Of a stretch of DNA of 64,000 nt, positions 39,205 through 49,152 are shown in pieces; within the stretch, counting starts at the first letter, position 1; each line of letters starts with the position of its first letter. Where the stretch lies: contig OY759746.1 of NCBI GenBank assembly GCA_963662795.1, positions 1,856,001 through 1,920,000 on the forward strand, written 5' to 3'. Both the position numbers and the translations under genes were made by a program. The stretch comes from Spirochaetia bacterium (GTDB taxonomy: Bacteria > Spirochaetota > Spirochaetia > CADAEX01). The notes under the pieces were generated by a model. That model worked only from the letters and a program-made list of their open reading frames with translations, was not told where the DNA came from and made no database searches.

Positions 39205-39487
39205 GTCCGGCCTTGGCGGTGCCGTGCGGCCTGGACAAGAAGGGGTCGTACTGCATATAACAGCGATTATTTCGCTGCGCTCCCTGTGGTCGCTTGGGCT
39301 CCTGCCAGTTGAGCTGGCAGATCGCCATATTTTGTTTTCATAAAACCGGAACAACATGTGTTTTATGCTCTTCAAGTTTGTAAAAACCAAATAAAAATAT
39401 TTTAGAGTTTAGTCACAAAACATCGAATAATCGCGAGACGTTATCTGTAATACCGCCCAAGAAAATAGTGCGCCATCCTTGGCGCAC
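39205..39487 (+). repeat. Composite attC-like site 23
   Basis: AAC ends 39261; GTT at 39440; right hairpin GTGCGCCATCCTTGGCGCAC. Confidence 0.85.
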
Positions 39488-39531
39488 AAGATATATAATA
39501 TTATTAAAGTGATAGTCAAAAGGAAAAAATT

Positions 39532-40431
39532 ATGAGGAAATTTATTTTATATTTAATTGTTTTTATTACAATAATTTCATGTAATAGTAATATAAGACCA
39601 GAGTTATATATGGAAAGTATTAACATTAATAATGATGAAAACAAATTAGTTATTACCCCGACAATTAAGTTTGAATACGATAGTGAAAAAAAGATGATTA
39701 AATGGTTAAATAAAGCCAGTGAAGAGAAATTTACTTTTCAAGTAGGGAATAAATACTTTTTTATTTTTAAAAGTATGAAATTCAATTTAAAGGATCATGA
39801 ACAATCAATTATAAAAACAAATAGGATACAATTAAGTTTTTTCATTGATGATGAAGAATTATATAAGAATATATTACCAACGATGTTAGAAAATAATAAG
39901 ATGATTGATTCAAATCAAGCTCCTCTTGAAATGGTTAATATTTCATTAGATGTTGATGGTAAGTGGATATTTTATGATTTAAACGAAAATATAGATCATG
40001 ATATGATTTATGAAAAATTATATGCTAAAATGATAAAATATTTAAAAAAAAATAAAAGTAGCGCATTGGCTATTTCAATACCAAAAATTAAAAAAGAATA
40101 TGAGAATAATCCTGCTACAGCAAATTATGTTTATAAATATCAGTTTATTAAATTTACTTCTGCAATCGAAAGTATTATATCGGAATTAAATCCAATTCTT
40201 GGAAATGGCTATATGATTGTCCTTAGTAATGGTGTTAAGTTATATGATAATTCTAGCGATATAATGTATTATAAAAATGGTGATTTAATTAATGTTTTTG
40301 GCATACTAAATGATGTTGAAAATTATACTGAAACAAAAAGCAAGTTTGTTGAGGCTAATATATTGAATACCCATAAAAACACTTTTTATCGAAATATGTA
40401 CTTTCAATTTTTTGAAAAAGGTGATATTTGA
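39532..40431 (+). CDS. Hypothetical lipoprotein
   Basis: MRK + hydrophobic stretch + IISC spirochaete-style lipobox. Confidence 0.6.
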   Translation: MRKFILYLIVFITIISCNSNIRPELYMESININNDENKLVITPTIKFEYDSEKKMIKWLNKASEEKFTFQVGNKYFFIFKSMKFNLKDHEQSIIKTNRIQLSFFIDDEELYKNILPTMLENNKMIDSNQAPLEMVNISLDVDGKWIFYDLNENIDHDMIYEKLYAKMIKYLKKNKSSALAISIPKIKKEYENNPATANYVYKYQFIKFTSAIESIISELNPILGNGYMIVLSNGVKLYDNSSDIMYYKNGDLINVFGILNDVENYTETKSKFVEANILNTHKNTFYRNMYFQFFEKGDI

Positions 40432-40904
40432 TGAAAAAAAATATTCTATTGATTATTTTTATATTGATTTCGTCTAAAATATTTATTTATGCAATTGAAG
40501 GCACGTGGACTTTTACAAATTTATTTAGTCAAACAATCAAAGATGGTAAAGCAACTTTAGAACCACTGGATACTGAAATTATTAAGAGAATAGTATTTAT
40601 AGATAACAAATCAGATAATAATTTAACTATACAAAAGGCAGAAATTGAAATATTAAGTATTGAGAATGAATACAAAAAATATAATGCAAATTATATCGAT
40701 TTTAACACTCTGATACAAATATATATACAGGATATTGAAAAAATTATTTTAACTATATTTGTTTTTAAAGAAAACGATAACAAAATCTGGTATTCATATG
40801 CAATATCTCCTGATTATATATTAAAAGGAAAAATATCTGGAACACAAGAACATGATAGTATTTTTTTGAATATGATAGGGTTTATGTCAAAAACATTTTT
40901 TTGA
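40428..40904 (+). CDS. Hypothetical exported protein
   Basis: MKK + hydrophobic signal; IEGTW. Confidence 0.55.
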   Translation: MMKKNILLIIFILISSKIFIYAIEGTWTFTNLFSQTIKDGKATLEPLDTEIIKRIVFIDNKSDNNLTIQKAEIEILSIENEYKKYNANYIDFNTLIQIYIQDIEKIILTIFVFKENDNKIWYSYAISPDYILKGKISGTQEHDSIFLNMIGFMSKTFF

Positions 40905-40910
40905 CATAAA

Positions 40911-41193
40911 TCACAATCGCCATCCATGGCGATTGTGATAGGAAAGGGCGGTACTACAGATAACAGCGATTATTTCGCTGCGCTCCCTTTGGTCGCTTGG
41001 GCTCCTGCCAGTTGAGCTGGCAGATCGCCATATTTTGTTTTCATAAAACCTGAACGATATGTGTTTTATGCTTTTCAAGTCTGAAAAAACCAAATAAAAG
41101 TATTTTAGAGTTTAGTCACAAAACATCGAATAATCGCGAGACGTTATTTGCAATAAACGCGCAAGAAAGGTGAAGCTCGCCGTCCTGGCTCGC
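40911..41193 (+). repeat. Composite attC-like site 24
   Basis: Left hairpin TCACAATCGCCATCCATGGCGATTGTGA; AAC ends 40964; GTT at 41143. Confidence 0.85.
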
Positions 41194-41203
41194 AGGAAAT
41201 ATA

Positions 41204-42154
41204 ATGAAACAAAAACCATATATTTATCTTGATGAAAATATTATACAATATGTTCACGAGAAAAAAATAAAACTAGATGAAATTGAAAATGTTGAATGGA
41301 TATTTTCAGATGAACATTTAATAGAAATAGAGCGATCAAGAAATCTAGATATTTTAGATGTTTTAAAAGAGCTTAGAGCTAGAAGAATTAAAATTAAATT
41401 AAACGATAAATTTCAAATACTTAATGAAGCAATAATTGATGAATATAAAAATCCAAAAGAGATATATAAAGAATATAAGGATAATACTGCTTTTGCTGAA
41501 GAAATAAATATGGATTTTGCAGCACTTCAAGTTTTTATATTTGGAAATAAAGAAATAATTGATATTGAGCAATACGTTGACAAATATATCCTTTCAATAA
41601 AAAAGTTGATAAAACCAACATTTGAGTTTATTAATAATAAAAAATATGAATTCTCCTACGAATTAATGATAAATAAGTTAAAAAAAGATTTATTGAATAG
41701 TTTGAAAACTGCCTCAAAACAACTTAAACCTGTTGAAGAAATTAGAAAAAAAATAGTTAAGCTACCTCTATCAAATCTTGACGAAAAAAATGGGTTAATT
41801 ATTGATCAAATATGGGAAAAAATAATTGAAAATAATAATTTAATATTCACTAAAGATCAATTTTTCGGGAAGGAAAAGATGCCTTTTTATAATGGATGTG
41901 ATATATGGTCAACATTTTTAGGAATATCACAGTGTCATTCTGCTTTAAACTATTTGGGATATTGGCCTGATAAAGGATTGAAAAAAATAAGTAAAATACA
42001 TGGTATCAATAGTGATTCATCACATATTGGACATGCTGCATTTTGTGCAGGGATAATAAGTGCTGATGATAGATTATGTAAAAAAGCAAAAGCAATTTAT
42101 CAATATTTTAATTTACCAGTTGTAGTCATAAAAGTAGATATACTTAAGAAATAA
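41204..42154 (+). CDS. PIN-like domain hypothetical protein
   Basis: IYLDENI, SDEHLIE, DSSH, ISADDRL acidic pattern. Confidence 0.5.
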   Translation: MKQKPYIYLDENIIQYVHEKKIKLDEIENVEWIFSDEHLIEIERSRNLDILDVLKELRARRIKIKLNDKFQILNEAIIDEYKNPKEIYKEYKDNTAFAEEINMDFAALQVFIFGNKEIIDIEQYVDKYILSIKKLIKPTFEFINNKKYEFSYELMINKLKKDLLNSLKTASKQLKPVEEIRKKIVKLPLSNLDEKNGLIIDQIWEKIIENNNLIFTKDQFFGKEKMPFYNGCDIWSTFLGISQCHSALNYLGYWPDKGLKKISKIHGINSDSSHIGHAAFCAGIISADDRLCKKAKAIYQYFNLPVVVIKVDILKK

Positions 42155-42157
42155 TAA

Positions 42158-42413
42158 TCAAGCTCAACTTCCATGTTTCGCTTGAGGAAGCGCGTTTACT
42201 GCAAATAACAGAGGATAATTCGCTTCGCTCGGAGTACCTCGCTTGGCCTGCGGCATATTTTGCTATCATTAAAGCAGTTCATATTCTGTTTTACGCTGTT
42301 TAAATATATTTCCCAATATTATTACGTTGAAAAAGGATTTAGCAAAACATCGCTTATCCTCAAGACGTTAGATGCAATGTTCGGCTTGTAAAGCCTCGCC
42401 GTCCTGGCGAGGC
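42158..42413 (+). repeat. Composite attC-like site 25
   Basis: AAC ends 42209; GTT at 42367; right hairpin GCCTCGCCGTCCTGGCGAGGC. Confidence 0.85.
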
Positions 42414-42426
42414 AAGAGGAGGAAAT

Positions 42427-44223
42427 ATGAGATTACATTCACTAATTATAAAAGGGTTAAGGAGAATATCAAATATTAAGATAAGATTTGGAGACGCCAC
42501 TTTTTTAATTGGACCGAATAATTCTGGTAAAAGTACAATATTATTAGCAATAGAGTATTTATTACAAGCAAGTAAAAGGTTAGATGATAAAGAGTATTTT
42601 TCTATAATTGATGAAGAAACAGGAGAACAAAAAACAGCCACAAATACTATTATTTTAGAAGCTGAATTTCGTAATCTACCTCATGAATCTAAAGAATGGA
42701 GAGGGTTTAAAGGACGCCTTTTTAATTATGACCCAGAAGATACTAGTGAATCAGGAATTTCAATACAATATAGAAAGACTTATGAATTAGGTAATGATGT
42801 TGTGATTGAATTAAAAACTAAAAAAAGAATATTAAATGAAAAGTTTAAAAATTGTAAAAAGCCCCAAGATTACATTAATTTAGGTATAGATACTAAAAAA
42901 GTAAATGAATTGTTTTCTGATCTTGATAAAAATATAACAGTAAAAGAGCAAAAATTATTAGATGAATTAGATGATATTTGGGAGCTTGGAGAGGAAGATG
43001 AATGGTTTAAAAATCCTGGGGGGATTCCAGGTAATGTTTTAAGCCGTTTACCAAGATTTTTATTAATTCCCGCTGATACTGCAGCAAATAATTTAGAAGG
43101 ATCTGGAACAGGTGTTTTAAGTAAAATGTTGACAGAATTATTTGAGGATGTAAGAACAAAATCAGTTAATTATGAAAAAGCACAACATTTCTTGAATGAA
43201 TTAGCAAAAGAATTAGATCCAAACGATAATAATTCTGAATTTGGAAAAATGATTCTGGAATTAAATGATATATTAAAGAATATATTTCCAGAATCAAAAT
43301 TGTATGCTGATACTGATCTAAGTGATCCCGATAAAGTTTTAAAACCAACTTTTAGCGTTGAAATGTCAAGTAATGTAAGAACGACAGTTAATCGACAAGG
43401 AACAGGTATGATTAGATCTGCGGCTTTTGGTATTCTGCGCTATAGGCAAAAATGGATATCAAAAAGAAATTGTGATGAGTATAGATCCTTGATAGTTGCA
43501 TTTGAAGAGCCTGAATTATATCTTCACCCAAGTGCGGCAAATCAAATGAGAAATACAATTTATACTTTAAGTGGGTGCGATTCTCAAATAGTGGCAACAA
43601 CTCATTCTCCATATATGATAGATCTTTCAAGAAAGCCAAGACAAATACTCAATAGATTATTTTTTAAAAATGGTAATATAGAATGTATTCCATTTAATGT
43701 AAGTCGCGCATTTAAAATCTTACATGAAAATGATAAAACTTATGTTAAATTACTTTTAAAAATAGATGATTATCTTTCAAGAGTTTTTTTTACTAATAAA
43801 GTTGTTGTTGTTGAAGGAGATACAGAAGATATAGTAATTAGAGAAGCATTATCACGTCTCCCAGAAGATATTAGGACATCGATTTATGTTAATTATGAAG
43901 TAGTTAAAGCAAGAGGTAAAGCAACAATAATTGGATTGATTAAATACCTAAATGCTTTAGATATCCATCCTATAATTATTCATGATAGAGACAAAGGTGT
44001 TGAAGGTGCTGAAAAATATAATAAGGTAATATCAGAATTAATTAATGAAAAAAGCAAAATATTTGTTTTAGAAGAGTGTATAGAAGATATTCTTGGATAT
44101 AGTGCTCCATCAACAGAAAAACCTTATACTGCGTTTGAGTATTTAATTAAAAGAGGTAATGAATGGGAAAAATTACCTGAAAAATTAAAAGAATTATTAA
44201 AAAATGTATTTAATGAAATATGA
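42427..44223 (+). CDS. OLD family ATP-dependent nuclease (ABC ATPase + TOPRIM)
   Basis: GPNNSGKS, FEEPELYLHP, TTHSP, VVEGDTE, HDRD. Confidence 0.85.
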   Translation: MRLHSLIIKGLRRISNIKIRFGDATFLIGPNNSGKSTILLAIEYLLQASKRLDDKEYFSIIDEETGEQKTATNTIILEAEFRNLPHESKEWRGFKGRLFNYDPEDTSESGISIQYRKTYELGNDVVIELKTKKRILNEKFKNCKKPQDYINLGIDTKKVNELFSDLDKNITVKEQKLLDELDDIWELGEEDEWFKNPGGIPGNVLSRLPRFLLIPADTAANNLEGSGTGVLSKMLTELFEDVRTKSVNYEKAQHFLNELAKELDPNDNNSEFGKMILELNDILKNIFPESKLYADTDLSDPDKVLKPTFSVEMSSNVRTTVNRQGTGMIRSAAFGILRYRQKWISKRNCDEYRSLIVAFEEPELYLHPSAANQMRNTIYTLSGCDSQIVATTHSPYMIDLSRKPRQILNRLFFKNGNIECIPFNVSRAFKILHENDKTYVKLLLKIDDYLSRVFFTNKVVVVEGDTEDIVIREALSRLPEDIRTSIYVNYEVVKARGKATIIGLIKYLNALDIHPIIIHDRDKGVEGAEKYNKVISELINEKSKIFVLEECIEDILGYSAPSTEKPYTAFEYLIKRGNEWEKLPEKLKELLKNVFNEI

Positions 44224-44225
44224 AA

Positions 44226-44512
44226 TCGTAAAAGTACATCCTTGTACTTTTACGAAAGCCGAACACAGCATCTAACAGCGATTATTTCGCTGCGCTCCCT
44301 ATGGTCGCTTGGGCTCCTGCCAGTCGAACTGGCAGATCGCCATATTTTGTTTTCATAAAACTGAAACAACATGTATTTTATGCTTTTCAAGATTTAAAAA
44401 AAACTAAATAAAAGTATTTTATAGTTTAGCCACAAAACATCGAATAATCGCGGGACGTTATCCACAATGCCCCCACAAGATGCGATCGCCCGGACCTCCG
44501 GCCGACGGGCGA
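44226..44512 (+). repeat. Composite attC-like site 26
   Basis: Left hairpin TCGTAAAAGTACATCCTTGTACTTTTACGA; AAC ends 44276; GTT at 44457. Confidence 0.85.
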
Positions 44513-44581
44513 GGATATGCAGTAGGAGTAATATACAGTATAATAGTATATGTTAGAAGAACCATTCGGGCAGAAGAAAAA

Positions 44582-45139
44582 ATGAAAAGAGGACAATTTT
44601 TTATATTGATTTTGTCAATATTACTTATTTCCTGCACAAAGATGGAAAACGATGTAATTCTATTAGTTCCATATAGTCAACAAGAAAAATTAATTAACTA
44701 TTTTACTAAAGCCAGTATTAAAGTAAAAATTGATAATTCTTTGATGACAATTTCTTCTCCTACTGATAATGTATTATTAAACCTTCTTGATTTTCTATTT
44801 ACCAATATATATTTGAATAAAAGTAATTTAAATAATTCAACTACCACAAGAACTCAAGATGGATCATATTATAAAAGAAAATATCTTGAAATACTTCCTA
44901 ATTTAAAATACATAATAAGGGATGATTTGAGTAGCCCAAAGGCAGTATATGACCCAACACATCCGGATGCAATTAAAGAAGGTAAAGACAAAGGATATGT
45001 ATATTATCCAAATATAAATATTGATGATGAGGAAAATGATCTTATCAATAATGTATTTTTATATAATTCAATTCTTGAATACTTAAAAAGTAGAAACATA
45101 CCAGTTATGTCTATAGAAATTGATCCAAATAATATATGA
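44582..45139 (+). CDS. Lipoprotein with FlgC-like (flagellar rod) domain
   Basis: LISC lipobox; TTRTQDGSYYKRK and VYDPTHPDAI..GYVYYPNIN resemble FlgC; start reassigned to ATG 44582. Confidence 0.65.
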   Translation: MKRGQFFILILSILLISCTKMENDVILLVPYSQQEKLINYFTKASIKVKIDNSLMTISSPTDNVLLNLLDFLFTNIYLNKSNLNNSTTTRTQDGSYYKRKYLEILPNLKYIIRDDLSSPKAVYDPTHPDAIKEGKDKGYVYYPNINIDDEENDLINNVFLYNSILEYLKSRNIPVMSIEIDPNNI

Positions 45140-45200
45140 CGAGTATCATAAATATTTCTGAAACTGATAGGAATTAATGTTTTTTCAAATACTAAAAGAC

Positions 45201-45319
45201 TTCTAACTACTTTTACCTGATGTTTTCTTTATCACATTTTGTACTGTCGCTTCGCTTCTGACGCACAAAATGCGCCAAGCCCTTCGGGCACGAAAATACA
45301 GATTAAGCAAATGTAAAAT
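45201..45319 (+). repeat. Treponema-type attC nested in wrapper (right core degenerate)
   Basis: CTTCTAAC complements GTTAGAAG (44552); ends TTAAGCAAATG|TAAAAT. Confidence 0.65.
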
Positions 45320-45352
45320 ACCAATTACTTAAACAAGGAAATAAGGGAAGAA

Positions 45353-45607
45353 GTCCGGCCTTGGCTTCCAGCCGTGCGGCCCGGACAAGAAGTGGGGGCA
45401 CTGGTGGATAACAGCGGATAATGCGCTACGCTCCCTGCGGTCGCTTGGGCTTCGCCATAAAGCTGTATTTTGTTCTGGTGCAATATGAAAACAACCAGAA
45501 AAGCTGTTTATTGAAAATGATTCGACAGCTTCATCGCTTATCCGCGGGACGTTATCGGCAATGGCTGGGCGAAGAGAACACCGCCCGGACCTCCGGCCCA
45601 CGGGCGA
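45353..45607 (+). repeat. Composite attC-like site 27
   Basis: AAC ends 45412; GTT at 45551. Confidence 0.85.
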
Positions 45608-45652
45608 AGAAAATATTCAAACCAAAACAATTATTAAATTAAAGGAAGTAGA

Positions 45653-46063
45653 ATGATGATTAAGAATTATTATTATTTTGTAGTAGGATTACTTTCAATA
45701 CTTTTTGCGATTACACATGCACTAAATGGACAAGCTGTAATTTTACCTTCTCTTGAAATTGAATTAATAAGTATAGAAATTAAAACTATATTCTTTTATG
45801 TGTGGCATATAATATCAGCTGAAAACATTTTGTTTGGAATAACTTTTTTAATTATGGCATTTTATAAGAAACAGGGAAAAGTCAGATTTACAGCATTTGT
45901 TATAGCTGGTTTAATGGTTTTACGATGGATTGTAATATTTTATGGAACTTTTATGTATAATCGTTCAGGACTAGGTAATATTACAATCGATACTATCGCA
46001 ATTATAATATTTACTGCCCTTATTCTTCTGGGAACAAGAGTTAAAGATAAAATAAAATCTTAA
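45653..46063 (+). CDS. Small membrane protein (about 4 TM)
   Basis: Four hydrophobic segments; HA..G and WH motifs. Confidence 0.65.
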   Translation: MMIKNYYYFVVGLLSILFAITHALNGQAVILPSLEIELISIEIKTIFFYVWHIISAENILFGITFLIMAFYKKQGKVRFTAFVIAGLMVLRWIVIFYGTFMYNRSGLGNITIDTIAIIIFTALILLGTRVKDKIKS

Positions 46064-46132
46064 AAAACTGGATACGCAAGAGCTGAAAATAAATAGAGGT
46101 ATATTTATTATTATGTCAGAGAAGAGGATAAA

Positions 46133-46684
46133 ATGAATACAGCATTGGTAATAATTGATGTTCAAAATGATTATTTTCCTGACGGGAGAAAAGAACTAAA
46201 AGGCAGTCTGGAAGCTTTAGAAAATATTCAAAAAGTTATTAAAAATTGCAGGGAAAAAGGTTATAAAATCATATTTATAAAACATATAGCAGTTAAACTA
46301 AATGCAACTTTTTTTATAAATGGAACAAGTGGAGTTGAAATTCATAAAGGAATAGAGCCCGAAGAAAATGATGAGATCATAATAAAAAATTATCCTAATA
46401 GTTTTCGGGAGACAGATTTAAAAGAAGTTTTAAATAGAAATCAGATCACAGATTTAGTATTTACCGGCATGATGACTCATATGTGTGTAGATACTACAGT
46501 TAGAGCAGCTTTTGATTTAGGATATAGCAGTATTTTAATTTCAGATTGCTGTGCAACTTTAGATTTAGCCTATGGAAATGAAATTATTAAAGCAAAAGAA
46601 GTTCAAAATGTATTTCTTGCAGCTTTGAATGGAACTTTTTGTAAAATAATGACAACAGAAGATTTTATAAAAGAAAAAGAATAA
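46133..46684 (+). CDS. Isochorismatase-family cysteine hydrolase
   Basis: IIDVQNDYF, KNYPNSF, GMMTHMCVDTT. Confidence 0.9.
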   Translation: MNTALVIIDVQNDYFPDGRKELKGSLEALENIQKVIKNCREKGYKIIFIKHIAVKLNATFFINGTSGVEIHKGIEPEENDEIIIKNYPNSFRETDLKEVLNRNQITDLVFTGMMTHMCVDTTVRAAFDLGYSSILISDCCATLDLAYGNEIIKAKEVQNVFLAALNGTFCKIMTTEDFIKEKE

Positions 46685-46718
46685 ACTCTGGTACAACAAA
46701 GAATTTGTAATAAAAGAA

Positions 46719-46988
46719 GTCCGGCCTTGGCGGTGCCGTGCGGCCTGGACAAGACGCCCAGCCACAGCCGATAACAGAGGATAATGCGCTTCGCTCCCTT
46801 TGGTCGCTTGGGCTTCGCCACACATCGTAGGTTTTGAATTACAACTTCTATAAAAAACAAGTTTTTGAAGCAAAATATTATAACTTCGAAATAATAATTC
46901 TTAGGCTCCGATGCGTCGCTTATCCTCAGGACGTTATACGTAATGGCCAGGCAAGAGAAAACCGCCCGGACCTCCGGCCGACGGGCGA
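46719..46988 (+). repeat. Composite attC-like site 28
   Basis: AAC ends 46775; GTT at 46933. Confidence 0.85.
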
Positions 46989-47009
46989 GGATATGCAAAC
47001 TATTATTAA

Positions 47010-47525
47010 ATGAGGCTAAATATGCATGAATTATTATTAGAAATCATGATGGTTGAATATCAGAGAGAAATAGAGCGAAAAGCAAAACTTGAAGCTAAAG
47101 CTTTATCTTATGTAACGATTATTTCAATAATAATTTCTACTTCTCTAGTGTTAATGCTTTATTTTACATCTACATCTACATCTACATATACTGGTAAAAT
47201 AGTAAAAGTTTTATATTTTATAATGTTTTTGGGTGTTTTGGATTATTCAGTTTTTACAATAATATTTTCCTTAATCTCTATGAAAATGAGTAAAATGAAT
47301 ATTTTGGATATCAATGAAATAGAATTACTATGGAATAAAGATAAAGCTGATATTGAAGGGTCCGTTTTTAAAACAATAAAAAAAATAATTAAAGAAAATA
47401 GTGATTTTAATAAAAGAATAGAAAATAATAATGAGCTGTCATATATTTATTTATGGATAACAATGGTTTTTTATTTATTACAAATTGGATTTTCATTGCT
47501 TATAATTTTTGGAGGAATTAAATGA
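47010..47525 (+). CDS. Membrane protein (2 TM + loop + 1 TM)
   Basis: LEAKA then two hydrophobic helices, a soluble loop and a C-terminal hydrophobic helix. Confidence 0.6.
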   Translation: MRLNMHELLLEIMMVEYQREIERKAKLEAKALSYVTIISIIISTSLVLMLYFTSTSTSTYTGKIVKVLYFIMFLGVLDYSVFTIIFSLISMKMSKMNILDINEIELLWNKDKADIEGSVFKTIKKIIKENSDFNKRIENNNELSYIYLWITMVFYLLQIGFSLLIIFGGIK

Positions 47526-47677
47526 AAGATGTAAAAGAAAGTGTTTCTCAAGAAAAAGAAAAGAAACTGACAGAAGAAGAAAAGAAAACTGAAATACCTG
47601 GAAAAATTATGAAGACAGAATTTGTAAATTACAGTGAAAAAAATGATGACAATAATCATGACAATAATGAAATGTAA
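47522..47677 (+). CDS. Small charged peptide (51 aa)
   Basis: Manual translation MKDVKESVSQEKEKK...NDDNNHDNNEM; GGAGG RBS; ATGA overlap with upstream stop. Confidence 0.45.
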   Translation: MKDVKESVSQEKEKKLTEEEKKTEIPGKIMKTEFVNYSEKNDDNNHDNNEM

Positions 47678-47842
47678 ATAATAATTGTTCTTGCATTTTG
47701 AATTAAAAAAGAATAGAAAGCGTTTAAAATATGAGCATTCAATATTTAATACCGCAAGATAGAATCATATTTTTAAAAATAATATGATGTATAAAACAAT
47801 TAAATTGCAGATATCATTAATAGATTATTATGTACCTGATAT

Positions 47843-49117
47843 CATAGGTGTCCAAAACAAGGACTATTAATTGCCTGAAATCCCAACTATAATGAATTAA
47901 GCTTGGACGGCTAATTCTTTACAGGAAAAGGAAATCAGGCAATGAGTTACAATAATACCATTTTAAAACAAATTCTACAAATAATTCCGAGACATGAATT
48001 TGAAAAATCTGTAAAAAAACATAAAGGGGACTTTGCTTCCAAAGGTTTTACCTGTTGGCAGCATTTTGTCTCCATGCTCTTTGCACAACTTTCAGGACAG
48101 ACCGGGTTAAGAGGCATTGAAAACTCTTTTGAATCAATCAGTAACCACCTTTATCATATGGGTGTAAAAAAGGTAAAACGCTCTACATTATCTTACGCAA
48201 ATAATAATAGAAGCTGTGAAGTTTATGAAAATGTTTTCACTGATCTTCTTGATAAGATATTATCCATGAAGAGAGCGCATAAACATAAATTTAAAAATCC
48301 TCTTTACAGTGTTGATGCATCAACTATTGACTTGTGTTTAAATCTCTTTCCATGGGCAAATTTCAGAAAATATAAAGGCGGAATAAAACTTAATGTAAAA
48401 CTTGACCATAGTGGATATATTCCAGCTTTTGTATCAGTTACAACTGCAAAAACACATGAAGTCAATTCCTTGAAAAAAATGGCTTTCAACAAAGGCGATG
48501 TCATCACGTTTGATCGTGGTTATACTGACTTTAAATTATTCGCAAATTATTGTAATACCGGTATTTATTTTGTTACCAGGTTAAAAAAGAATGCTGATTA
48601 TAAAATTGTCCAGAGAAAAGATACCTCCTCCTTTAAAAATATTACATCTGATCAGATCATAGAAATGAAAGGATTTTACACCAGTAAAAAATGCCCGTTA
48701 AAATTAAGACGAATCAGAAGCAGAGATCCTGAAACCGGTAAATATATTGTAATTCTTACCAATAATTTCCTTTGGTCTCCAACAACAATTGCTGCTGTTT
48801 ACAAAGACAGATGGCAGATTGAAATATTTTTTAAAACTATCAAACAGAACCTCAAGATCAAGAAATTCTTTGGTACTTCCAGAAATGCTGTAATGACACA
48901 AATCTGGATTGCCCTAATTGCTTTTCTGTTACTTCAGTTCCTTAAAATGTTTTCATGTAGAAAATGGACTCATTTTTCACTGATGAAATTGATTCCTGTA
49001 ATACTGACATCAAGAAAAGATATCTGGACTGTTCTCAATAAACCGCCTTCAGAACAGACTAAAAAAACTAGTTTCAATCTTCAACTGGAGCTGTTATGAT
49101 TGTTTTGGACACCTATG
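47843..49117 (+). mobile_element. IS4-family insertion sequence, complete
   Basis: 18-bp TIR CATAGGTGTCCAAAACAA / TTGTTTTGGACACCTATG; 9-bp target duplication ACCTGATAT (47834-47842, 49118-49126). Confidence 0.9.
47942..49099 (+). CDS. IS4 family DDE transposase
   Basis: VDASTI, FDRGY, YKDRWQIEIFFKTIKQ (YREK-type motif). Confidence 0.9.
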   Translation: MSYNNTILKQILQIIPRHEFEKSVKKHKGDFASKGFTCWQHFVSMLFAQLSGQTGLRGIENSFESISNHLYHMGVKKVKRSTLSYANNNRSCEVYENVFTDLLDKILSMKRAHKHKFKNPLYSVDASTIDLCLNLFPWANFRKYKGGIKLNVKLDHSGYIPAFVSVTTAKTHEVNSLKKMAFNKGDVITFDRGYTDFKLFANYCNTGIYFVTRLKKNADYKIVQRKDTSSFKNITSDQIIEMKGFYTSKKCPLKLRRIRSRDPETGKYIVILTNNFLWSPTTIAAVYKDRWQIEIFFKTIKQNLKIKKFFGTSRNAVMTQIWIALIAFLLLQFLKMFSCRKWTHFSLMKLIPVILTSRKDIWTVLNKPPSEQTKKTSFNLQLELL

Positions 49118-49152
49118 ACCTGATATAATAATTAAATCTAAGTTAATAAAAA

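Noticed and set aside
42427-44223. Gabija system
   Set aside because: OLD nuclease present but no UvrD-like GajB in the cassette or nearby
44480-44581. N-terminal extension of the FlgC-like ORF
   Set aside because: Runs through the att hairpin and internal site; ATG 44582 gives a proper signal peptide
47165-47188. TACATC tandem repeat (TSTSTST)
   Set aside because: Short in-frame microsatellite in a loop; no evidence of function
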